This document shows, piece after piece, positions 9,640-21,933 of a DNA stretch of 64,000 nucleotides (position 1 is the first letter of the stretch; each line of letters starts with the position of its first letter). The DNA is taken from sequence record MN895436.1; one strand, given 5' to 3'. This DNA is from Escherichia phage teqsoen. The position numbers and the translations under genes are program-made. A model generated the notes under the pieces. It made no database searches and was not told where the DNA came from. It saw nothing but the letters and a program-made list of their open reading frames with translations.

Positions 9640-10005
9640 TTAAATATCAAATTCATTAAGAACTACATCAAAGATTGCTTCAAGATGCTCAGGTTTAGCT
9701 CTGTTACTCAGAATATGACGAATCCAAGTTTTAACCAAAAGCTTGCGATTAACGCCATTCCAGCAAGGATGAGTCCCTAAATCGCGTTGACGGAAATCAT
9801 CATCCAGGGCGATTTTAAAGTTGGAACCTTCCGTCTTGATTGAAACCGTGATACCGTTTTCAAATCGCATATAAACGTAGTTAGGAGTCATATACTGTTC
9901 AATTTCGCATACTGATCCATTTTGATGTTTCCAAAGGCAAATAGTATCAATAGAACCTGCAATACCATTAGAAACATATTTACGTTCAAAGTTGATGTAG
10001 TTCAT
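9640..10005 (-). CDS. Hypothetical protein (121 aa from first ATG)
   Basis: Track start is TTG; ATG at M5 preceded by GGAGAATAAA. Confidence 0.5.
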   Translation of the reverse strand: MNYINFERKYVSNGIAGSIDTICLWKHQNGSVCEIEQYMTPNYVYMRFENGITVSIKTEGSNFKIALDDDFRQRDLGTHPCWNGVNRKLLVKTWIRHILSNRAKPEHLEAIFDVVLNEFDI

Positions 10006-10041
10006 TTTATTCTCCAAGATGTTTAATTGCGGTACAGGTAT

Positions 10042-10070
10042 ATAATATCATGTCCTGTACCAAAGTAAAC
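10042..10070 (-). promoter_or_regulatory. Early promoter (-35 GTTTAC, -10 TATTAT)
   Basis: GTTTAC, 17-bp spacer, TATTAT on minus strand; -10 enclosed by inverted repeat ggtacagg/cctgtacc. Confidence 0.5.
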
Positions 10071-10072
10071 AA

Positions 10073-10394
10073 TTATTTTACTACTTTCCAATGCTGCCTG
10101 TCAAGTTTACCAACTTTTTTCATCTTCTCAATTAAGCGTTCTGCACGTTGGCGAGCTGTAACATAATGCCATTCGCCTAATTCATTTTGTTCAATTTTTC
10201 CAACGATTATTGTATTCAATTCATAAATCCAACCAGTAAAGAAATTATGAACTTGAATTGTAAAGGTGAAATCTGTTCCCATACCTTCTGTTGTTTCTAC
10301 TTCATTCAACTGCCATTAAGAACCACATAGTTTCATTATATTTACCATTGAAGCATTTAGTTTTAACTGTAGCGTTCAGATTAATCGTTTTCAT
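10073..10394 (-). pseudogene. Frameshifted or two-part ORF (30-aa ORF with promoter and SD, then 78-aa ORF in +1 frame with TTG start)
   Basis: ATG at 10392-10394 with AAGGAG SD; stop TGA at 10302-10304 overlaps TTG start of track ORF 10073-10309, which has no SD. Confidence 0.3.
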
Positions 10395-10421
10395 TTTATT
10401 CTCCTTTGTTTGTGTAAGATA

Positions 10422-10450
10422 ATACTATCACAAAGGAACCATACTGTAAA
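10422..10450 (-). promoter_or_regulatory. Early promoter (-35 TTTACA, -10 TAGTAT)
   Basis: Minus-strand TTTACA, 17 bp, TAGTAT; inverted repeat cctttgt/acaaagg flanks the -10. Confidence 0.5.
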
Positions 10451-10469
10451 CAACTTTATGCAATCTTTG

Positions 10470-10500
10470 GAAAATAAAAAAGGACTCCCGAAGGAGTCCT
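10470..10500 (-). terminator. Intrinsic terminator-like hairpin (GGACTCC-UUCG-GGAGUCC plus U-tract)
   Basis: aggactcccgaaggagtcct preceded on plus strand by aaaataaaaa (minus-strand U-tract). Confidence 0.55.
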
Positions 10501-10504
10501 CAAC

Positions 10505-10681
10505 TTATGCTTTCTGCTTACCAAAACGAGAAGCATCATCTCGAAGAACCGCACGTGCTCGGCGCATGATCTTCTCAACAGTTTGATTGATACGAGAGTT
10601 CGACCCACGCTTGTAACCAGCGCGTTTAGAATCACCAACTTTCTTTTCAACTGCTTTCTTTGCTTTAGCTTGTTTTGCCAT
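10505..10681 (-). CDS. Small highly basic protein (58 aa from MAKQAKAKK)
   Basis: Track ORF trimmed to in-frame ATG; Lys/Arg-rich composition; terminator downstream. Confidence 0.5.
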   Translation of the reverse strand: MAKQAKAKKAVEKKVGDSKRAGYKRGSNSRINQTVEKIMRRARAVLRDDASRFGKQKA

Positions 10682-10969
10682 TATAAATTCTCTTTTAAAT
10701 GAAAATGCAGGACTTATTGGCATTGCCTGCGCAAGCCCTCAAGGGGGTACTTAGGTTTTGAATATTTACCGACAGGATAACCATAAACCTCGTCATCATA
10801 CCACCAAGACTTACACAGATAACACTTTTCTGACGCATGATAGTAACATTCAAGAGGTACACCGTAAAACTGCCGGGGTCTTAAAACTATAATGATTCGC
10901 AAATCATTAATCAGACAGTTCGACGGCTCCTCGATTTAGCTCACACTAAGGCAGTGAATCTCCAATAAA

Positions 10970-11218
10970 TTACTTCAATGTTACCACAAAGTGACGAACT
11001 GCTTTTCGTGCAGCAGAAGCCAGAGGCTTAGCATATTTAAGTTCATCTTTTTCCTGAAGCTCAGCAGCTAATGCAGTTTGAGCAGGATTCAGATGTTTGA
11101 AATAACGCAGGATTTCAAGAGCTTCGGCTTCAACATCAATAGATGCGCCATAGTTTTCGTGACCATTATTCCATGCGTTTCGTTGCAGTTCAAGAGCGTG
11201 TTGTAATTGTTTAATCAT
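10970..11218 (-). CDS. rIII: Lysis-inhibition accessory protein rIII (82 aa)
   Basis: 82-aa ORF located between the 30.x block and gene 31 as in T4; length matches recalled T4 rIII. Confidence 0.65.
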   Translation of the reverse strand: MIKQLQHALELQRNAWNNGHENYGASIDVEAEALEILRYFKHLNPAQTALAAELQEKDELKYAKPLASAARKAVRHFVVTLK

Positions 11219-11365
11219 TTAAAAATTCTCGTTAGAGATTAAAACTCGGTAGTCACGTTCTTCTGAATTTCATCTTCTTTCGACAGATCTCTCAGTTGTA
11301 GACTACCACATAGAATTGTTCGGTTAACTTATTATTCCGACACCCAATTCATATTATTATTTATA

Positions 11366-11701
11366 TCACTTATAAAGACACGGAATAGCTTTATAGTGAC
11401 AGGTAACGAATTTTTGTTTAATTTCTTTTGGCTGCTTAAGACCCAGAGCTACAAAAGGATGCGGAACGTTTCGAATTTGACCAACTGGAAGAGAAGTCAA
11501 ATCACCAACTTCGCAGAAACCTTCAGGAACATCAGGACCAACAGAGTGAACTACACACAGTTCAGGAACTTCACCTTGAACACGTTTACCGATAATAAGT
11601 CCTGATTCTGTAACTTCTTCATCACCAGCCTGTGCAGGTTCAGAAACTAAAATAACATATTCACCGACAGCACGAATTGGTAGCTGTTGTACTTCAGACA
11701 T
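11366..11701 (-). CDS. 31: Co-chaperonin gp31 (GroES analogue for capsid folding)
   Basis: 111 aa, N-terminus [30 protein letters not shown] matches recalled T4 gp31. Confidence 0.93.
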
Positions 11702-11731
11702 CGTTTTTCCTTTTTGTTAACAGATGAATTA

Positions 11732-11756
11732 ATAATAACAAATAATTCTTAAAGCA
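11732..11756 (-). promoter_or_regulatory. Middle promoter for gene 31 (MotA box TGCTTTA, 12 bp, -10 TATTAT)
   Basis: Minus-strand aaTGCTTTAag followed 12 bp later by TATTAT; about 30 bp upstream of gene 31 ATG. Confidence 0.55.
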
Positions 11757-11757
11757 T

Positions 11758-12066
11758 TTATTTACCAATAAATTGAAGCAAATGCTCAACTTTCATACCA
11801 TTAACAGAAATCAATTTGTCAATAGAAAAACCTCGCCACTCGCCAAGCTCAACATCAAATACTGGAATCATGTCAGTAGATTCTTTCCGAGCAGATTCAG
11901 TCAATTTACCAGTTTGCATGGTTGGCATAAAGTCAGCATCGCGAGTACCTTTCATAGTACGAATAGTACCATCAGACTTTTCAAAAACTACGTTTGAAAT
12001 ACCCATGGACAATTTAGTTTTCAAAATTTCACGAATTGCCACTTTCTGTTCAGTTGTCAGTTTCAT
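11758..12066 (-). CDS. Hypothetical protein (102 aa; 31.1 position)
   Basis: ORF upstream of gene 31. Confidence 0.5.
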   Translation of the reverse strand: MKLTTEQKVAIREILKTKLSMGISNVVFEKSDGTIRTMKGTRDADFMPTMQTGKLTESARKESTDMIPVFDVELGEWRGFSIDKLISVNGMKVEHLLQFIGK

Positions 12067-12303
12067 TTATTTACCTATTACAGTTTTAATATGAGTTGTT
12101 CCACGTTCTTTAAGGGTGGAAAGTAATTTTTGGCATTTTTCTAAATCAGATTTCCAACTATATGGTCTATCAATACTAGTCCAATCAGTTTTATAATACT
12201 GTTTCCATTTAGAGAAAAAATATTTCTTATACTCTACAGCAAACGAGATGTTCTCGTTAGAATAAGAACTAATTGCTGTAAGCTTTACCAAACGAAATTT
12301 CAT
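12067..12303 (-). CDS. Hypothetical protein (78 aa; 31.2 position)
   Basis: ORF abutting cd. Confidence 0.5.
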   Translation of the reverse strand: MKFRLVKLTAISSYSNENISFAVEYKKYFFSKWKQYYKTDWTSIDRPYSWKSDLEKCQKLLSTLKERGTTHIKTVIGK

Positions 12304-12884
12304 TATTCACCACAGAATTCGTTGATATTTTCCCAGTTTAACTTATTCAAGTTTTTCTTAGGAACATTAAACACTTCAATACCTGCATTTCGCAGAATAT
12401 CATCCCAACCAGGTTTATTTTTATCGTATGTTTCGCAATAAACCAGCTTTTTAATACCAGATTGAGCTATCGCTTTTGCACAATCTGGACAAGGAGAAAG
12501 TGTTACATACATAGTAGCACCTTCAATAGAAGAACCATTTCGTGCAGCAAACAAAATTGCATTTAGTTCAGCATGAATTTCATTTTTAGACGACCATTCA
12601 GAGTGAGCGCTCCGGTGTTCTTTTGCCAAGACAAAACGATCAGTTGAACCAAATGATACACATTCGGGCTTATGACCTTGGATGATAGTATGTTTAGGTT
12701 TATTCAGCAACCAACCTTGCTCGGCGGCATAATCACAACAGTTCACACCACCAGCAGGTGAACCATTATATCCGGTAGAAATAATACGTCCATTCTTTTC
12801 AATTACTGCTCCTACCTTCCAGGAGCAACATTTTGATTCTTGTGATACTAAATATGCAATTTGAAGTACTGTACTCGCTTTCAT
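12303..12884 (-). CDS. cd: dCMP deaminase
   Basis: 193 aa; cytidine/dCMP deaminase zinc motifs HAELNAI and PCPDCA. Confidence 0.93.
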   Translation of the reverse strand: MKASTVLQIAYLVSQESKCCSWKVGAVIEKNGRIISTGYNGSPAGGVNCCDYAAEQGWLLNKPKHTIIQGHKPECVSFGSTDRFVLAKEHRSAHSEWSSKNEIHAELNAILFAARNGSSIEGATMYVTLSPCPDCAKAIAQSGIKKLVYCETYDKNKPGWDDILRNAGIEVFNVPKKNLNKLNWENINEFCGE

Positions 12885-13219
12885 TTCATAATCACCAAAT
12901 AAGCAGATTTAGCAGTTTCAACACGATAAATTTCGTGACGAAGTTTAGTTATACTTTTAATAACAGAACTAATTATATTCTGCCCATCTTTAAAGCGGTT
13001 TTTCTTATCAATAAAAATTGCGCCAACCATCTTTTTGTGAAGCTCAACTGGATACTTCGTCACAATAATAGCATCATATACGGAAGGATGAATACTATTC
13101 ACCAGAGTGTCATTCATTAAAGTTATTCTAATGAACTGAGCTGTTTCAGAGTCAAGCGCTCTATGATCGCCAGTATCATTTTCAAGACAATTATCAATTA
13201 TATCAGTTAAATTCATCAT
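12881..13219 (-). CDS. Hypothetical protein (112 aa)
   Basis: ORF with 4-nt overlap to cd. Confidence 0.45.
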   Translation of the reverse strand: MMNLTDIIDNCLENDTGDHRALDSETAQFIRITLMNDTLVNSIHPSVYDAIIVTKYPVELHKKMVGAIFIDKKNRFKDGQNIISSVIKSITKLRHEIYRVETAKSAYLVIMK

Positions 13220-13455
13220 AGTACGCCATACACCCTTTGTGCTTCAACTAATCCATCAAAATCCAATTTGAGATGTGTTATTTGATCACCATCACCTGGA
13301 TTCACAATTACTAATACTGAACGAGGAGTTTCGGTAATAACACGAACTGATGTTTCAGGAAATCGTTCAGAAACCTTATTTACCAATTCCTGTGCAAATA
13401 GCTTAACTTTTTCTTGGAATTCTTTAACAGTAATTGGTTTTTCACTTAGCAGCAT
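13216..13455 (-). CDS. Hypothetical protein (79 aa from first SD-associated ATG)
   Basis: Track ORF 13216-13551 trimmed to M33 with GAGGAAAACAAA SD; promoter at 13485-13514. Confidence 0.45.
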   Translation of the reverse strand: MLLSEKPITVKEFQEKVKLFAQELVNKVSERFPETSVRVITETPRSVLVIVNPGDGDQITHLKLDFDGLVEAQRVYGVL

Positions 13456-13484
13456 TTTGTTTTCCTCATTTGTTTGGTAGAGCC

Positions 13485-13514
13485 ATAATATCACAACTCT
13501 ACCGTAAAGTAAAC
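13485..13514 (-). promoter_or_regulatory. Early promoter candidate (-35 TTTACT, -10 TATTAT)
   Basis: Minus-strand TTTACT, 17 bp, TATTAT. Confidence 0.45.
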
Positions 13515-13516
13515 TA

Positions 13517-13792
13517 TTAAATCGCTTTGAATTCCGCAGTTTGAGATTCAAAGCGAATGTCGCCTTTGATAACTAACTCAGCATCAAGACCGAATACGAC
13601 AATGATATGCGCGGAACCTGGATACAGCGTAATGGCAACAGAATCCACCTGGTCTGGAAGCAAAGTGTTTAATACATGAGTCACTTGAGCATGGATTCGA
13701 AGTTCGGCTGCGTTATCAAGCTTTTCAAACATATTATTAGCGATAATTTGGCTAAACACTACTTCTACGATTTTAGAGTAAGTCGGAAACAT
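13517..13792 (-). CDS. Hypothetical protein (91 aa)
   Basis: ORF in cd-pseT interval. Confidence 0.45.
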   Translation of the reverse strand: MFPTYSKIVEVVFSQIIANNMFEKLDNAAELRIHAQVTHVLNTLLPDQVDSVAITLYPGSAHIIVVFGLDAELVIKGDIRFESQTAEFKAI

Positions 13793-13794
13793 AT

Positions 13795-13995
13795 TTACCT
13801 CGCATAATTTTCTTCAAGCCAATCAATAACATCTAACACATTATCAAAAGTTGAACCATCTACTCTGTCTTCTGTTTCATAATCAAGAACATCTAAGCCT
13901 ACTCTTCCATCAACAATAGGCCATAAACAAAATAGATATTTCTTTTCTTTTTCAATTTTATCACAAAGACGATAAATCTTTTCTATGTTATTCAT
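13795..13995 (-). CDS. Hypothetical protein (66 aa)
   Basis: ORF in cd-pseT interval. Confidence 0.45.
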   Translation of the reverse strand: MNNIEKIYRLCDKIEKEKKYLFCLWPIVDGRVGLDVLDYETEDRVDGSTFDNVLDVIDWLEENYAR

Positions 13996-14184
13996 AAGTT
14001 TTCCATGGTAAAGGCAGTTTAGTTTTCTTTACTGTTAGTTCAACATCAGGATTCTTTTCTCTTAATTTAAGGCATTCCTCCCAAGCTCTGATTTCACTAG
14101 TGAATACACAAAATTGCCCATTACTAGTACCGACTAAACCACTATTTACAATAATAATAGCCCAAGTTTCATGGTGCAAAGCCA

Positions 14185-14185
<1 letters not shown>
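13988..14185 (-). CDS. Hypothetical protein (65 aa)
   Basis: ORF in cd-pseT interval. Confidence 0.45.
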
Positions 14186-15388
<1,203 letters not shown>

Positions 15389-15392
<4 letters not shown>

Positions 15393-15619
15393 TTATTTTT
15401 CTCAACCAATGATTGAATATAATCATGCAGGTCTTTAGATGCTTTACCCCACTTATTTTGGTATTCATTTTTAAGATTAGCACGTGATTGAGCTAATAAA
15501 ACATCATTAGTTGGAGGTAAAGATTCTAATCGTTGAATCTGACGTCCATAAATCATTGCTGCCATCTCTGATTCATAAATCAATCCTTTGAGATGTTCAA
15601 ATTGATGCCATGAAATCAT
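15389..15619 (-). CDS. Hypothetical protein (76 aa)
   Basis: ORF with 4-nt overlaps both sides. Confidence 0.5.
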
Positions 15620-15915
15620 TTACATTTATCCTCTTTTAACTCTTGACGATAATAACATATCATAGTTTTCTGGTCATGTACATATCGTTTTACATCATTA
15701 AGCCAAATACGAAATTCCTGAGAATCTTCAAATGGCATACCGACCCAAGCTTTACCATCGATAACTTTAACTTGCCAAGATAGTTTAGCTTCGTCATATG
15801 ACTTTATTTGCACAGGCCAATTGGGATGAACTGTTTCTTTCTTTACTTCTAGAGGCTTTGTAGAACAACCAACTAGAAGACCAATAGATAATATTACTGC
15901 TGATAGTTTAATCAT
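15616..15915 (-). CDS. Outer-membrane spanin (lipoprotein; T4 PseT.2-type)
   Basis: Signal peptide with lipobox LLVGC; 99 aa; immediately follows i-spanin-like gene. Confidence 0.7.
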   Translation of the reverse strand: MIKLSAVILSIGLLVGCSTKPLEVKKETVHPNWPVQIKSYDEAKLSWQVKVIDGKAWVGMPFEDSQEFRIWLNDVKRYVHDQKTMICYYRQELKEDKCK

Positions 15916-16265
15916 TTAGAAAGGTCCTGGATGTCTTCTGCGAACTTGTTGAAGGAGTTGTTGATTTGTTTTTCAACCAATCCTGGCTTATGAGCCACCA
16001 CATCCGCCTTCTTTGCGTCTTTGCGCAGCTTTTCATTTTCACGCTCAATAGCAGCAATTGCCTCACGATTTTTATTATTCATCGCATCAATATAATTATA
16101 CTGAATTCGCAAATTATTTAATGCTAAAGCGTTTTCATTGGCCGTTTTTGTAATTTCTACAACAGACGTTTCTAATCTTTCAATTTTATTTTTTAAAATT
16201 AAAGAAGTTCCGCCCAATGCAATTACAATTAATAACAAGCCTGCTGTCGTATTACTTAATTGCAT
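15912..16265 (-). CDS. Inner-membrane spanin (T4 PseT.3-type)
   Basis: N-terminal transmembrane helix TAGLLLIVIALGGTSLIL followed by coiled-coil-like charged region; 117 aa. Confidence 0.7.
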   Translation of the reverse strand: MQLSNTTAGLLLIVIALGGTSLILKNKIERLETSVVEITKTANENALALNNLRIQYNYIDAMNNKNREAIAAIERENEKLRKDAKKADVVAHKPGLVEKQINNSFNKFAEDIQDLSK

Positions 16266-16762
16266 AAAGTTTTAATAACCTCTATAATATCGTCTTGAGA
16301 AAGACCGTTAATTAAAATATGATGTTCAGCCGGAGATTTAGAAATTTTAAAGCATGCCTCAACATCTTCTGCCATATCCGATGCACTACGATTTGGATTA
16401 CTAATTCCAAGACGATGCTTTCCAGTCAAAGGATTAACGATGATATAGCATTTGCAGCTATTGATATGAACATTAGGCTGAGTCTGATTAATGAATACTT
16501 CGCACTCATACTTAGCGAGTTGATTTTCTAAAAAGACTTTCATCTCCTCAACCGCATCAGGAAGCATATCACGGGCTTGCTCAAGACGACGATTTCGATA
16601 TTCTTTAATGGTCGTTTTCCGCTTGACTTGCTTAGCTAAATCTTTCTTAAGATCGGTGATATATCCAACTCGACGATTTCCTTTGAATACAGAAATCCCA
16701 TCTGTAGTATCACCGTATGCTTCAACGACCATTTCAGTAGTAATAAGTTGTAAATCCATCAT
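16256..16762 (-). CDS. alc: Alc (transcription unfolding/termination on cytosine DNA)
   Basis: 168 aa at the T4 alc position between rnlA and pseT.3; GAGGA SD. Confidence 0.75.
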   Translation of the reverse strand: MMDLQLITTEMVVEAYGDTTDGISVFKGNRRVGYITDLKKDLAKQVKRKTTIKEYRNRRLEQARDMLPDAVEEMKVFLENQLAKYECEVFINQTQPNVHINSCKCYIIVNPLTGKHRLGISNPNRSASDMAEDVEACFKISKSPAEHHILINGLSQDDIIEVIKTLCN

Positions 16763-16790
16763 AAAGTCCTCATGTTATGTCAGTAAGATT

Positions 16791-16819
16791 ACTATAACAC
16801 AACATGAGGGACTTGTAAA
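16791..16819 (-). promoter_or_regulatory. Early promoter (-35 TTTACA, -10 TATAGT), duplicate of 1484-1512 module
   Basis: Near-identical 50-bp promoter/inverted-repeat module to 1461-1512. Confidence 0.55.
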
Positions 16820-16823
16820 CAGC

Positions 16824-18411
<1,588 letters not shown>

Positions 18412-18438
18412 AATAAAATGGGCCTTGCGGCCCACTCC

Positions 18439-19617
18439 TTAAAAATATTTTTTAAAACTCATCATAACTTTATCATCAACATCATTATCAATCTGTGCAA
18501 CAAGATAAGATGACAGTTCTACTTCTTGTGGCGCGGATTGAACATTATCAGAATTAAGATATTCACGAATCCAAGGATATGGGTGTTTAACCGGAGCATC
18601 GGTAATTGGGCATGGAAGACCACACTGTTTCATACGAGATACAGTTAAGTAATCAATAAAGCTCCACATGCTATTTGTATTTAATCCAGGAACATCGCCA
18701 TCTTTAAATAAATGAACTGCCCAATCTTTTTCTTGGCGGTTAACTTCCATGAAAATATCAACTGCTTCTTGTTCACACTCTTGAGCAATTTTAACCCATT
18801 CATCGCCATCAGTGCCAAGTTGAAGTTGACGAATAATATATTGGGTGCCTTTAAGGTGAAGCTGCTCATCACGTGCAATGAACTTCATAATCTTGGCATT
18901 ACCTTCCATGATTTCCATGTTCTTATGGAAGTTAAAGGTACACGCGAAAGATACATAAAAACGAATAGCTTCTAAGGCATTAATAACGTGCAAACAGAGG
19001 TAAAGAGATTTCATTAGCTCACGCTTCCAATATGTCTCATGCTCAATAGCATCTTCAATAACGTCTTCGTCTGCATTAATTTCTTTTTGGTATTCGATAT
19101 CAGCTTTAGCGTTTTCCCAATAACGAGTTTTAATCAGAACATCATCATAATAACGTCCAATGGATTCAGCACGTTTCATAATAGCTTCATCTAATACAAT
19201 TTCATCAAATACCTTCGATGGATCAGTATAAAGATTTCGCATGATATGTGTATATGAACGACTGTGAATAGTTTCACTAAAAGTCCATGTAGCAACCCAT
19301 GTATCAAGACTTGGGTCTGAAATTAACGACATAAGTACAGCAGACGGTGCACGACCCTGAATGCTATCTAGAAGTGATTGATACTTCAGGTTATTAGTAA
19401 AAATATCTTGCTGATATTGAGGAAGCTTGTTAAATTGCGCAGCATCCATCATTAAGTTTACTTCTTCAGGACGCCAGAAAAATGATAATTGCTTTTCGGT
19501 CAAATCTTCAAAAACTTTATGGCGTTGAATATCATAACGCGCAATACCAAGACCTGAACCAAAAAACATAGGTTCTTTTAAAACATCAACTGGATTTGTA
19601 TTAAAAACTGTGCTCAT
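18439..19617 (-). CDS. nrdB: Ribonucleotide reductase small subunit, uninterrupted
   Basis: 392 aa continuous ORF with di-iron ligand motifs (ETIHSRSY, DEQLH); no intron-sized gap. Confidence 0.93.
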   Translation of the reverse strand: MSTVFNTNPVDVLKEPMFFGSGLGIARYDIQRHKVFEDLTEKQLSFFWRPEEVNLMMDAAQFNKLPQYQQDIFTNNLKYQSLLDSIQGRAPSAVLMSLISDPSLDTWVATWTFSETIHSRSYTHIMRNLYTDPSKVFDEIVLDEAIMKRAESIGRYYDDVLIKTRYWENAKADIEYQKEINADEDVIEDAIEHETYWKRELMKSLYLCLHVINALEAIRFYVSFACTFNFHKNMEIMEGNAKIMKFIARDEQLHLKGTQYIIRQLQLGTDGDEWVKIAQECEQEAVDIFMEVNRQEKDWAVHLFKDGDVPGLNTNSMWSFIDYLTVSRMKQCGLPCPITDAPVKHPYPWIREYLNSDNVQSAPQEVELSSYLVAQIDNDVDDKVMMSFKKYF

Positions 19618-19668
19618 AAATTTTCCGCTTAGTTAATAGTTGGTGACTCGTCCGTGAGTCAAATTATA

Positions 19669-21933
19669 TCATAATTTACAGGATGAACAATCTTCAGCTT
19701 TTGGAGTTTCTATTTCATAATCATCAGTACCAGAACCATCGCGGGTATTATGATAATAGAAATTTTTTCCGCCAAAATACCAAAAATACAAAAGGTCATC
19801 AATCATTATTGACATTGGAACCTTGCCTTTAGGGAAGATTTGGGGGTCATAGTATGTATTCGCCGAAGCTGATTGACAAACCCATTTCAGCATAATAGCT
19901 ACCTGCGTAAGATAAGGTTTATTACCTTTCTTAGCTAATTTCCATGTATAGTCGTAAAGGTCTATGTTATGCTCAATATTGGGCACGACCTGATTAAAGG
20001 AGCCCTCTTTTGATTCTTTAACAGAGACTGGTCCACGTGGAGGCTCGATACCGTTTGTACTGTTAGAAACTTGGGAAGATGACTCACATGGCATAAGTGC
20101 TGATAATGTGCTATTACGGATGCCAAAGAGCTTAAGGTCTTCCCGCAGCGCCGACCAGTCACAAACGTATTTTGGAGCTGCGATTTGGTCAATCTTTTTA
20201 TTGTACCAGTCGATAGGTAATTCGCCTCGAGACCAACGAGTGTCTGAATAATATTCGCAAGGTCCTTTTTCTTTGGCGAGCTTAATGGATGCTTTAATGA
20301 GTCCATACTGTAATCTCTCAAATAGTTCATGTGTTAAATCGTTAGCATCTTCATAAGAAGCAAAGTTACTTGCCAGCCAAGCTGCATAGTTAGTAACACC
20401 TACACCAAGGTTACGACGCTTTTTAGCTTTTTCTGCTTCAGGAACTGGATATCCTTGATAATCCAAAAGATTATCAAGAGCACGAACTTGAACTTCTGCC
20501 AATTCATTAATTTTATCTTGGTCTTGCCAGTCAAAATTATCTAGTACGAATGCAGAGAGAGTACACAATCCAATTTCAGCATCAGGACTGTTCACATCAT
20601 TTGTTGGAATAGCAATTTCACAGCACAAGTTACTCTGACGAATAGGTGCCTTTTCACGAATAAACGGAGTATAGTTATTCGTATTATCAATGAACTGCAC
20701 ATAAATCCTTGCTGTTCCTGAACGTTCAGTCATGAGCAATTCAAATAGTTCACGGGCTTTAATACGCTTTTTACGAATATTAGGGTCTTTTTCTGCTGCT
20801 TCGTATAATTCACGGAAACGGTCTTGGTCTTTAAAATAAGAATAATAAAGCTCGCCACCCATTTCATGCGGACTGAACAAAGTAATGTAATCGTTCTTTC
20901 CGAATCGTTCCATCATCAAATCATTCAGCTGAACACCATAATCCATATGACGAATGCGGTTTTCTTCTACGCCTTTGTTATTTTTCAAAACGAGAAGATT
21001 TTCAACTTCCAAATGCCAAATAGGATAATAAGCAGTAGCAGCGCCGCCACGAATTCCACCCTGTGAGCATGATTTAACTGCAGTCTGAAAATGTTTCCAA
21101 AAAGGAATAACACCAGTATGACGTACTTCACCCATGCCAATCTTAGAACCTTCGGCACGAATCATACCAACATTAATACCAATTCCAGCGCGTTTAGAGA
21201 TATATTCAACAATTGAAGCGGAAGCCTTATTGATAGACTTCAATGAATCACCTGCCTCAATAACAACACATGAACTAAACTGTCGAGTCGGAGTACGACA
21301 ACCAGCCATAATAGGAGTTGGCAATGAAATCTGTCGAGTAGATACTGCTTCATAAAAACGGATAACATGTTTTAATCTATCAACAGGTTCATCTTGATGC
21401 AGTGCCATTCCAATAGTCATAAATGCAAACTGCGGAGTTTCATAAATTTGACCGGTGGTTTTATCTTTGACTAGATATTTTTCTTTTAATTGCATCGCTC
21501 CGGAATAAGTAAATTCCATATCCCGCTCGTGCTTAATTTTTGATTCTAAAAATGTAATTTCTTCCGCAGAATATTTTGACAATAATTCAGGGTCATATTT
21601 CCCTTCATTTACGCAATAAGAAATATGGTCAATAAATGAACGCGGTTCATACTGCCCGTAAACATGCTTACGAAGAGCAAACATTAAACAGCGTGCAGCT
21701 ACATATTGATAATCAGGCTCTTCAACCGAAATAGAATTCGCAGCAGCCTTAATGACAATAGTCTGAATATCATCAGTTGTCATTCCATCACGGAGATAAG
21801 ATTTAATATTTTCATATAATTCATAAGGATCTACTGATGTTCCTTCAGCTGCCCAAGATAAAACTTTAATAATTTTTTGTGGGTCGAAGCTCTGAGAAAC
21901 ACCACTACTTTTGATAACATTAATTAATTGCAT
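19669..21933 (-). CDS. nrdA: Ribonucleotide reductase large subunit
   Basis: 754 aa; active-site SNLCCEI; C-terminal CSSCKL redox cysteine pair. Confidence 0.95.
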   Translation of the reverse strand: MQLINVIKSSGVSQSFDPQKIIKVLSWAAEGTSVDPYELYENIKSYLRDGMTTDDIQTIVIKAAANSISVEEPDYQYVAARCLMFALRKHVYGQYEPRSFIDHISYCVNEGKYDPELLSKYSAEEITFLESKIKHERDMEFTYSGAMQLKEKYLVKDKTTGQIYETPQFAFMTIGMALHQDEPVDRLKHVIRFYEAVSTRQISLPTPIMAGCRTPTRQFSSCVVIEAGDSLKSINKASASIVEYISKRAGIGINVGMIRAEGSKIGMGEVRHTGVIPFWKHFQTAVKSCSQGGIRGGAATAYYPIWHLEVENLLVLKNNKGVEENRIRHMDYGVQLNDLMMERFGKNDYITLFSPHEMGGELYYSYFKDQDRFRELYEAAEKDPNIRKKRIKARELFELLMTERSGTARIYVQFIDNTNNYTPFIREKAPIRQSNLCCEIAIPTNDVNSPDAEIGLCTLSAFVLDNFDWQDQDKINELAEVQVRALDNLLDYQGYPVPEAEKAKKRRNLGVGVTNYAAWLASNFASYEDANDLTHELFERLQYGLIKASIKLAKEKGPCEYYSDTRWSRGELPIDWYNKKIDQIAAPKYVCDWSALREDLKLFGIRNSTLSALMPCESSSQVSNSTNGIEPPRGPVSVKESKEGSFNQVVPNIEHNIDLYDYTWKLAKKGNKPYLTQVAIMLKWVCQSASANTYYDPQIFPKGKVPMSIMIDDLLYFWYFGGKNFYYHNTRDGSGTDDYEIETPKAEDCSSCKL

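Noticed and set aside
10456-10650. 64-aa ORF overlapping the basic-protein gene in another frame
   Set aside because: Alternative frame of the better-supported ORF 10505-10681; no independent SD.
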